Shown in pieces: positions 1 to 5,703 of a stretch of 32,000 nt of DNA; positions within the stretch are counted from its first letter, which is position 1, and every line of letters begins with the position of its first letter. The notes under the pieces are model-generated. The model was not told the origin of the DNA. It saw only the letters and a list, made by a program, of their open reading frames with translations, and did no database searches. This stretch comes from Formosa sp. Hel1_33_131 (lineage in GTDB: Bacteria; Bacteroidota; Bacteroidia; Flavobacteriales; Flavobacteriaceae): contig NZ_CP017260.1 in NCBI RefSeq assembly GCF_001735745.1, forward strand, positions 2,100,001 through 2,132,000, in the 5' to 3' direction. Position numbers and translations under genes: made by a program.

Positions 1-1523
1 TTCCTTTTACGTCTATTGCAGACAGTTTAGTGTCGGTTAAGAAATCGGAAGTTGCAAGCTATGTCAAAGCAAATCCAAGCAAATACAAGGTTGAAGCTTC
101 AAGAGATTTAGTCTATGTTCAGTTTAAAGAAGTAGCTTCTTTAGAAGATGAGCAGCAAATCCAAGCGGATTTAACAGCCCTTATTGCTGATAAAGTAGAA
201 TTTAATGAAGCTGCCAAAGCCAACGAAACAGTGGTAGGCTTTCAAAATACAACAGATGTAAAAGCCTTTGTAAATGCCAATTCATCAGTTAAATATAACG
301 ATGCATATGTGTTTGCATCTAGCTTTCCAACGACTGTTGCAGATCAAATCACAGGGTTGAAATCAAATGAAGTTTTTGGACCTTATAAAGATGGAGCAGC
401 GTACAAGTTGTCAAAACAAGTGGCTAAAAAAATGATGTCAGATTCTACGAAAGTTCGTCACATCCTGATTCCATTTGTTGGGACGGTTCGTGCAGATGCC
501 TCAGTTACCAAAACAGATGCACAAGCAAAAACGACTGCCGATAGTATTTATAAAGTGATTCGTTCTAAACGTTCTAAATTCAAAAATTTACTGTCTTTAT
601 CATCTGATAAAGTGAGCAACGAAAAAGAAGGCGTTATTGAATTTGCTTATACAGACGCATTTGCAGAAGAATTTAAAGCCTATGCTTTTGAGAACCCTAA
701 AGGAAGTTTAGGCGTTGTAAAAACAGACTTTGGATATCATATTATTGAAATCTTAGATCAAGGAAAAAAACAAGAAGCATTTAAAATCGCAACGATCGTA
801 CAAGAGATTGAGCCATCAATTAAAACAATAGATGGCGTCTTTACAGATAAATCTAAATTTGAAATCGCGGTTGCCAATGCGGATTTCAATGAAGTTGCAA
901 AAGAAAATAACTATACAACATCCCCAGTAAGCAGCATTAAAGAATTGGACGAAACAATTCCAGGTCTTGGTGTTCAGAGAGCTATTGTAAGATGGTCTTT
1001 TGAAGAGGGTGTTGAAGTAGGAGACTTTAAAAGTTTCAATACATCAGGAGGTGGTTTTGTAGTTGCTAAGGTAACAGCTGTCAATGAAGCCGGATTAATG
1101 AGTGTTGAAAAAGCATCCATTACAGCACTTCCAGAAATCAGAAAAGAAAAGAAAGCGGAACTTATCAAAGACCGTATTACTGCAACCACTTTAGAAGCGA
1201 TTGCTTCTGACGAAGGACAGACGGTTAAAACAGCCCTGGCTGTAAACATGAAAAATCCAACGCTTTCAGGAGCAGGAAGAGAGCCTAAAGTCATCGGAAC
1301 GGCTTTTGGTTTAGCAGAAGGAGCCACCTCAAAATTAATCGTTGGTGCCAACGGCGTCTATGCAATTCAATTGACAAAGTTAACACCTGCTGAGCCGTTG
1401 CCAAATTATCAAGCATCTGCAAACCGTGTAGGTCAAGCCAAGTCAAGTGCTGTCAATACACAACTTTACAATGCACTGAAGGAAGCATCTGATATCGAAG
1501 ATAACAGAGCGACGTTTTACTAA
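1..1523 (+). CDS. Peptidyl-prolyl cis-trans isomerase / periplasmic chaperone of the PpiD-SurA type, 5'-truncated by the window edge
   Basis: The frame is open from base 3, with no stop upstream of the GTG at 30 used by the ORF track, so the N-terminus lies outside the window. It has a parvulin-type rotamase segment (KVRHILIPF ... GVVKTDFGYHIIEILDQ) followed by a long chaperone-like C-terminal region. It ends at TAA 1521-1523 and is followed by a hairpin terminator. Confidence 0.8.
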   Translation, partial: PFTSIADSLVSVKKSEVASYVKANPSKYKVEASRDLVYVQFKEVASLEDEQQIQADLTALIADKVEFNEAAKANETVVGFQNTTDVKAFVNANSSVKYNDAYVFASSFPTTVADQITGLKSNEVFGPYKDGAAYKLSKQVAKKMMSDSTKVRHILIPFVGTVRADASVTKTDAQAKTTADSIYKVIRSKRSKFKNLLSLSSDKVSNEKEGVIEFAYTDAFAEEFKAYAFENPKGSLGVVKTDFGYHIIEILDQGKKQEAFKIATIVQEIEPSIKTIDGVFTDKSKFEIAVANADFNEVAKENNYTTSPVSSIKELDETIPGLGVQRAIVRWSFEEGVEVGDFKSFNTSGGGFVVAKVTAVNEAGLMSVEKASITALPEIRKEKKAELIKDRITATTLEAIASDEGQTVKTALAVNMKNPTLSGAGREPKVIGTAFGLAEGATSKLIVGANGVYAIQLTKLTPAEPLPNYQASANRVGQAKSSAVNTQLYNALKEASDIEDNRATFY

Positions 1524-1550
1524 GTAGCACATTAAAATACTAGATATAAG

Positions 1551-1578
1551 AGGACTCAGAAATGGGTCCTTTTTTTTA
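1551..1578 (+). terminator. Rho-independent terminator of the PPIase gene
   Basis: Stem AGGACTC / GGGTCCT (7 bp including one G-U) with a 6-nt loop, followed by a T8 run. It starts 28 nt after the stop codon. Confidence 0.75.
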
Positions 1579-1647
1579 TGCTTTAAAATCTAGTAGAGAG
1601 TCTAGCCACATAGGTAATTTTTAAGCTGTCTAAAAAGTAGAAAATCT

Positions 1648-1725
1648 GTCATTCTGGATTTATTTCAGAATCTCAATTTTTTGAAATTTATTTTGTTTTA
1701 GAATCTGAAATAAATTCAGATTGAC
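1648..1725. repeat. Imperfect inverted repeat (two ~28-bp arms, ~21-bp spacer) of REP/MITE-like appearance
   Basis: GTCATTCTGGATTTATTTCAGAATCTCAA (1648-1676) pairs with the reverse complement of TTAGAATCTGAAATAAATTCAGATTGAC (1698-1725) at about 25 of 29 positions. Each arm also contains its own TTCTG...CAGAA mini-palindrome. Confidence 0.7.
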
Positions 1726-2125
1726 AAAGCAACCCCCTTTCCTATAGTCTTAGTTTCGATAGTTAGAAATATTTATTTCTTGGCGAATAGTAATTGAGAA
1801 TACAGAAAAAGCTTAGTTTTTATAAAACCATTTTAGATTCATCTATTAAAATTAGACCCTATTTTTTTGTTATCTCAAAAAATCGTGTAAATTTGATAAC
1901 ATTGGACCCCAAATCTAAATCTTCAATACGCAATTTAACCGAAGTTTTAGATCTAATTTTATTGAAATACGTTTTATAAACTACAGAGGTTTATAGTTGT
2001 CTGAGCAAAAATATTTTGCAAATAAAATAAGACACTGATATGTAAAAGAAATAAAGGCACGTTCCTTGAGTCTATCGAAAGGAGTGCGGATATTTACAAG
2101 TTACAAAACATTAAAACCAAATTTT

Positions 2126-2713
2126 ATGAAAAAAATTATTACAGGAATCCTACTTTTTACTGCTTTAATTTCACAAGCCCAAGAACTGATTTATGGAATA
2201 ACATTAGGTGGAAATATTAATGAAATATACTCTAATAGTGCTTTGAATAGCACAATACGTAATGAAGCAGGAACAAAGAAATTCAAACTTTATTTAGGCG
2301 GATTTGCTGATTATGGATTTACTGAAAATATTGGAGCAAAAGCACTAATAGCTTTTAACCAAAAAACTTTAGCTGTTGGAGAAGTTGTAGATTTTGGATT
2401 TTTAGATATTAGCACAAGCTTCAAATACAGTTTTGGAGATAATTACAGTGATGGATTTTATCTTCTTTTTGGACCAAGGTTCTCATTTTTACTAAATGCC
2501 GAATTTGACGGTGAAGATGTTAAGGATAATTTTGAAAACAGTAATATTGGATTACAACTTGGAGCTGGAACTTCAATTTACGAATTTTTAGAATTGGAAT
2601 TACGACTTGATTATGGATTGACAGCTTTATATGATGTTCTAGGAAATGACAGAAAAATATTTTGCGGAATTTTAGCTCTGAATTTGAATTTAGAAAAACT
2701 GTTGAATAAATAA
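2126..2713 (+). CDS. Outer-membrane beta-barrel (porin-family / OmpW-like) protein
   Basis: The ATG at 2126 gives a signal peptide, MKKIITGILLFTALISQAQ. The rest shows alternating aromatic/Gly-rich beta-strand patterning (YLGGFADYGF, FGPRFSFLLNA, LGLQLGAGTSIYEF, LELRLDYGL). The upstream 20 codons of the track ORF (2066) look like a non-coding leader. Confidence 0.7.
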   Translation: MKKIITGILLFTALISQAQELIYGITLGGNINEIYSNSALNSTIRNEAGTKKFKLYLGGFADYGFTENIGAKALIAFNQKTLAVGEVVDFGFLDISTSFKYSFGDNYSDGFYLLFGPRFSFLLNAEFDGEDVKDNFENSNIGLQLGAGTSIYEFLELELRLDYGLTALYDVLGNDRKIFCGILALNLNLEKLLNK

Positions 2714-2714
2714 C

Positions 2715-2880
2715 GTTTTGTAACCCCGCTTGCGCCACGCTTTTGCTCATGCCCAGTAAGCGAAACAAAACGAGCAAAGAGAAATAAATGAGTAGAACAT
2801 ATACTAATGAATTTGTTAACGGCATCACGCCAACAGCGTGACGCCAGCTTAGGCTAACCGCCACAAACCATATACAAAAC
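2715..2880. repeat. Island repeat copy A (full-length, ~166 bp), immediately 3' of the beta-barrel gene
   Basis: Starts 2 nt after the stop at 2713. Its termini are inverted (GTTTTGTA 2715-2722 / TACAAAAC 2873-2880). The core 2751-2824 is 74/74 identical to 3455-3528. Positions 2760-2878 match 4759-4877 with 5 substitutions. There is an internal hairpin GGCATCACGC-caaca-GCGTGACGCC (2821-2845). Confidence 0.9.
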
Positions 2881-2882
2881 TT

Positions 2883-3389
2883 GTGTGTAATGCAAAAAAC
2901 GAACAGAAAGTGAAAATAATAATTGGAGTTTTAATAGTTATAATCGGAATTTTAGCGATATTTAAAAAGCGCAATTTCGGAAAATTAAAAACCTATAAAT
3001 GGGAAACTGAAAAAGAAAAATTTGAGAAAGATTTCATACAAATATTATCGAAAAACCCGAATTTGGAACATTTGATTATTGAATTTGACTCTTATTATAT
3101 CCAATATAAAGGTTTTGTAAATAGTAAGGAATTTTATTCAGAAATTGTGAGTAATGAATTTCTGAATGAAACTAAAAAATACTCCGAAAATCAAATTGAG
3201 GAAATTTTAAATCTTGAGTTTTCAAAACCGAACGAAAAAGATAATGACGGAAATGTTTCGCCTAATTATACAAAATGGTATAACTTGACAACAATAAATG
3301 AAATTGAATTTATTCATAAAGAATTAATCAGAATTTTAAAATCTATTTTTGGTTTGGAAAATGGAAATAAATTTAAAGTTAGATATTAA
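2883..3389 (+). CDS. Hypothetical membrane-anchored protein (one N-terminal TM helix plus a ~130-aa Lys/Glu/Asn-rich soluble domain)
   Basis: A 168-codon ORF with no in-frame ATG near the 5' end, so the start must be GTG 2883 or GTG 2910. It has a hydrophobic stretch KIIIGVLIVIIGILAIF. I recognise no family motif. It is very AT-rich. Confidence 0.5.
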   Translation: MCNAKNEQKVKIIIGVLIVIIGILAIFKKRNFGKLKTYKWETEKEKFEKDFIQILSKNPNLEHLIIEFDSYYIQYKGFVNSKEFYSEIVSNEFLNETKKYSENQIEEILNLEFSKPNEKDNDGNVSPNYTKWYNLTTINEIEFIHKELIRILKSIFGLENGNKFKVRY

Positions 3390-3425
3390 AAACACTAAAC
3401 AGAACAAAGAACTGAGCTACAAAAA

Positions 3426-3528
3426 AACCCCCTCGAGCCACGCTTTAGCGTGGTGCCCAGTAAGCGAAACAAAACGAGCAAAGAGAAATAAATGAGTAGA
3501 ACATATACTAATGAATTTGTTAACGGCA
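3426..3528. repeat. Island repeat copy B (left arm plus core; right arm replaced)
   Basis: AACCCC..GCCACGCTTT..TGCCCAGTAAGCG is homologous to the left arm of copy A. The core 3455-3528 is identical to A. There is a perfect hairpin CCACGC-ttta-GCGTGG (3438-3453). The sequence diverges from A/C after ...GTTAACGGCA. Confidence 0.9.
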
Positions 3529-3556
3529 CAAGCGAGACGCCTTATTTCGGACGTTA

Positions 3557-3629
3557 TAGCTCATTTAGATAAACTATAAAGCTCAAGTGTTAATTAAAAT
3601 TGAGCTAAAAACACTATCTTTATGAGCTA
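3557..3629. promoter_or_regulatory. Nested dyad-symmetric TGAGCT array upstream of the fic-like gene (candidate operator or 5'-leader structure)
   Basis: Outer arms TAGCTCAT (3557-3564) / ATGAGCTA (3622-3629) extend to 13/15 complementary positions over 3557-3571 vs 3615-3629. Inner arms are AGCTCAA (3580-3586) / TTGAGCT (3600-3606). Both pairs share the same centre (~3593), and the heptamers start at 3557, 3579, 3601 and 3623, a 22-bp phasing. The array ends 13 nt before the ATG at 3642. Confidence 0.4.
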
Positions 3630-3641
3630 AATAAGTAAATC

Positions 3642-4682
3642 ATGATTACATCAAGAGAGACAGAAATAATTGCAACTATAAAATCAAGAGTAGAATGTTC
3701 ATCAAAAGAGGTGTTTGATAGTATCTCTGTGGAATTGAGTTATGCTACTCTAAAAAGGGCTTTATCAAAATTAGTTTCTGAAAATTACATTATAACCAAA
3801 GGAAAAGGTAAAGGAACTAAATATCTAATTTCACCGGTATATGAGCTGATTCAACCTGTTGATGTTGAAAAATATTACAAAAAAGAGATTGACCAACGTG
3901 AAATAAAACAAAATTTCAATTTTGAAGTTATAAATCAAGTACTAAAAAGACATAGTGTATTCACTAAAAATGAACTGGAAAAACTATCATTACTTCATAA
4001 CGATTATAAATATAATATTGCGCAACTTTCAAACATTGAGTACAAAAATGAGCTAGAAAGATTGGCGATAGACTTAAGCTGGAAATCTTCTCAAATTGAA
4101 GGCAATACTTATTCTCTTTTAGAAACAGAAAGATTGTTAAAGGAAAAAGAAACTGCATCGGGCAAAACAAGAGAAGAGGCAACAATGCTTTTAAATCATA
4201 AGGATGCTTTGGATTTCATTACAGATAATCCAGATTATTTACTTCCTCTATCTGTTTCAAAAATTGAAGATATACACAGTATATTAATAAAAGAACTTGC
4301 CGTAGAACGAAATCTCAGAAAAAGACGGGTAGGTATTTCTGGAACTAACTATCGACCGCTAGACAATGAATTTCAAATATTAGAAGCTTTAAGGAATGCA
4401 TGTGATGTGATAAACATAAAAGAAAATGTATTTGAAAAAGCATTAATTTCATTGGTGCTGATTTCGTACATCCAGCCATTTATGGACGGAAATAAAAGAA
4501 CAGCAAGAATCGTAAGTAATGCAATCCTGATGAATGAAAGTTATTGTCCTTTGTCGTTCAGGACTGTTGACTCGATTGATTATAAAAAAGCAATGTTGAT
4601 ATTTTATGAACAGAATAATATTTCAAGTTTTAAAGAGATATTTATCAATCAATTTGAATTTGCAGTGAATACTTATTTTTAG
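3642..4682 (+). CDS. Fic/Doc-family protein with N-terminal winged-helix DNA-binding domain and a degenerate active-site motif (QPFMDGNKRTAR)
   Basis: The N-terminal ~65 aa resemble a wHTH (SSKEVFDSISVELSYATLKRALSKLVSENYIITKGKGKGTKY). A class-II-type inhibitory motif [ST]xxxE[GN] is present as SSQIEGN. The Fic core position reads IQPFMDGNKRTARIVSNAIL instead of HxFx[DE]GNGRxxR. Confidence 0.8.
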   Translation: MITSRETEIIATIKSRVECSSKEVFDSISVELSYATLKRALSKLVSENYIITKGKGKGTKYLISPVYELIQPVDVEKYYKKEIDQREIKQNFNFEVINQVLKRHSVFTKNELEKLSLLHNDYKYNIAQLSNIEYKNELERLAIDLSWKSSQIEGNTYSLLETERLLKEKETASGKTREEATMLLNHKDALDFITDNPDYLLPLSVSKIEDIHSILIKELAVERNLRKRRVGISGTNYRPLDNEFQILEALRNACDVINIKENVFEKALISLVLISYIQPFMDGNKRTARIVSNAILMNESYCPLSFRTVDSIDYKKAMLIFYEQNNISSFKEIFINQFEFAVNTYF

Positions 4683-4712
4683 AATGATAAAAAACGAGCT
4701 TTAACAAAGTGT

Positions 4713-4889
4713 CATTTGTACTGCGACTCGCTGTTGCAACACCGCCAATTCCCACTATGCGAAACAAAACGAGTAAAGAGAAATAAATGAGTAGAACATA
4801 TACTAATGAATTTGTTAACGGTATCATGCCAACAGCGTGACCCCAGCTTAGGCTAACCGCAACAAACCATATACAAACACGTTGGCAAC
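4713..4889. repeat. Island repeat copy C (divergent left arm, core, full right arm)
   Basis: Positions 4759-4877 match copy A 2760-2878 with 5 substitutions. The left arm keeps CATTTGTA at the position equivalent to A's GTTTTGTA. The right edge runs into GTTGGCAAC (4881-4889). Confidence 0.85.
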
Positions 4890-4938
4890 TATAAAAACCA
4901 AGGCTTAAATTGAAGATTAATTTGCTAAATTAACTTTT

Positions 4939-4958
4939 TTGGTGCATATTAGCACCAA
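4939..4958. promoter_or_regulatory. Perfect palindrome upstream of parD (candidate ParD/ParDE autoregulatory operator)
   Basis: TTGGTGC-atatta-GCACCAA has 7-bp perfect arms and ends 11 nt before the parD ATG (4970). RHH antitoxins classically bind palindromic operators overlapping their own promoter. Confidence 0.5.
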
Positions 4959-4969
4959 AACAAAACAGT

Positions 4970-5203
4970 ATGGCAAGGCAAAGTATTTCTTTCACTGAAC
5001 CAAATGACGAGTGGTTAAAAAGTCAAGTGGACAAAAAAGAATATTCTACTAAAAGTGAATTGGTGAACGATTTAATTAGGCAAGCAAGAAAACAGCAAAG
5101 GAAAATTGATTGGATAAGTGCTAAATTGGAGAAAGCTGAAAATAGCGGATTTACGAATTTGAGTAAAGAACAAATATTAGCGGAATCGAAATCCGTGATT
5201 TAA
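4970..5203 (+). CDS. parD: Type II antitoxin, ParD family (ribbon-helix-helix)
   Basis: A 77-aa protein. MARQSISFTEPNDEWLKSQVDKKEYSTKSELVNDLIRQARKQ is the typical ParD/CopG-like N-terminus. Its stop overlaps the start of the toxin gene (TAATG at 5201-5205). Confidence 0.8.
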   Translation: MARQSISFTEPNDEWLKSQVDKKEYSTKSELVNDLIRQARKQQRKIDWISAKLEKAENSGFTNLSKEQILAESKSVI

Positions 5204-5493
5204 TGGCAAATTATAAACTAAGTAATTTAGCGAAAGAAGACTTAATAAGAATTCACCGATATGGAGTTGACAAATTTGGAATGACTCAAGCTGATAAATA
5301 TTTTGATTCATTCTTTGAATATTTTGATAGTATATCAAAAAATCCATTTTCATTTGAATCAGTCGAGTACATAAAGACTGATTATAGACGGTGTGTTTGT
5401 GGTTCTGATAGTATTTATTACAAAATAGGTGATAATAATAGTGTTGAAATTATGTCAATAATTGGAAAACAAGATTTAAAGAATATTTTATAA
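5203..5493 (+). CDS. parE: Type II toxin, RelE/ParE family
   Basis: A 96-aa protein. YKLSNLAKEDLIRIHRYGVDKFGMTQADKYFDSFFEYFDSISKNPF ... SIYYKI..NSVEIMSIIGKQDL matches the ParE fold pattern. It is translationally coupled to parD. Confidence 0.8.
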   Translation: MANYKLSNLAKEDLIRIHRYGVDKFGMTQADKYFDSFFEYFDSISKNPFSFESVEYIKTDYRRCVCGSDSIYYKIGDNNSVEIMSIIGKQDLKNIL

Positions 5494-5503
5494 CGCGGAA
5501 AAA

Positions 5504-5672
5504 TTACAGTTGCCAATTCCGTATAAACTTTATTGCTGGCTTTTTGCCTATTAGCGAAAGTCCTCTAAATTAAAGCGTGGCAGGTCGGATTTGCTACCTT
5601 GCCTGCGGCAGACAGGTTTCGGTTGTATTTTGCGTCATTAGATGCTTAAAAAACAAAACATATACAACAACG
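5504..5672. repeat. Island repeat copy D (highly divergent/mosaic member)
   Basis: Starts 11 nt after the parE stop. It shares GTTGCCAATTCC with the left arm of C (GTTGC..CCAATTCC), TTAGCGAAA with the core start, AAAGCGTGGC (the inverted form of GCCACGCTTT in A/B), and the right-end ACAAAACATATACAA (A: ACAAACCATATACAA). It also contains the GC-rich palindrome TGCCTGCGGCAGACAGG (5600-5616). Confidence 0.6.
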
Positions 5673-5703
5673 ATATAAAAGAACTCAAAAACGCCCTCTT
5701 TTT

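Noticed and set aside
974-1351. Numerous antisense or out-of-frame ORFs inside well-supported genes (e.g. 974..1351, 3964..4185, 6380..6595, 8358..8558, 11501..11842, 12525..13911 set, 14238..14688, 15983..16171, 17628..17960, 19039..19254, 20027..20586, 21582..22376, 23131..23454, 24783..25037, 26185..26547, 26865..27056, 27120..27936, 28357..28545, 29742..29981, 31393..31999)
   Set aside because: Each lies wholly within, or overlaps extensively with, a longer ORF that has clear family motifs. The translations are low-complexity or Cys/Arg/Ser-rich, as is typical of shadow frames.
1794-1979. 61-aa + strand ORF in the non-coding leader of the island
   Set aside because: It has a non-ATG (TTG) start and a low-complexity AT-rich translation (KKLSFYKTILDSSIKIRPYFF…) with no recognisable motif. 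It sits among hairpin repeats, so it is most likely a chance ORF in AT-rich DNA.
2066-2125. Upstream start codons proposed by the ORF track (2066, 7952, 14326, 21505, 25354, 27060, 29587)
   Set aside because: In each case a downstream ATG gives a canonical N-terminus: a signal peptide, or the conserved MKYQRS…[10 protein letters not shown] of HemL. The extension uses TTG/GTG, overlaps the preceding gene, or reads through a repeat.
2520-2864. 114-aa minus-strand ORF (and its relative at 4645..4827) as conventional protein genes
   Set aside because: Both are created by the island repeat core and then run antisense into the neighbouring real genes. Their sequences outside the 21-residue repeat-encoded stretch are unrelated, and there is no conserved stop. 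Only the short conserved peptide frame is kept, as a low-confidence finding.
2751-4823. CRISPR array interpretation of the three identical or near-identical cores
   Set aside because: The repeats are 74-166 bp long and separated by 0.6-1.3 kb containing full-length genes. CRISPR repeats are 25-40 bp with 25-50 bp spacers. No cas genes are present.
1580-5700. Calling the island a bona fide integron
   Set aside because: There is no intI-type tyrosine recombinase, attI or Pc promoter in the window. The repeat ends do not match RYYYAAC/GTTRRRY convincingly (for example GGCTAAC, GTTGGCA). It is reported only as an integron-like architecture to be tested.
5494-5703. tRNA or other structured RNA gene in the 210-bp gap after parE
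   Set aside because: There is no T-loop (GGTTCGAATCC-like) or cloverleaf arrangement. The GC-rich hairpins are explained by membership in the island repeat family (copy D). Without a covariance-model search no ncRNA can be supported.
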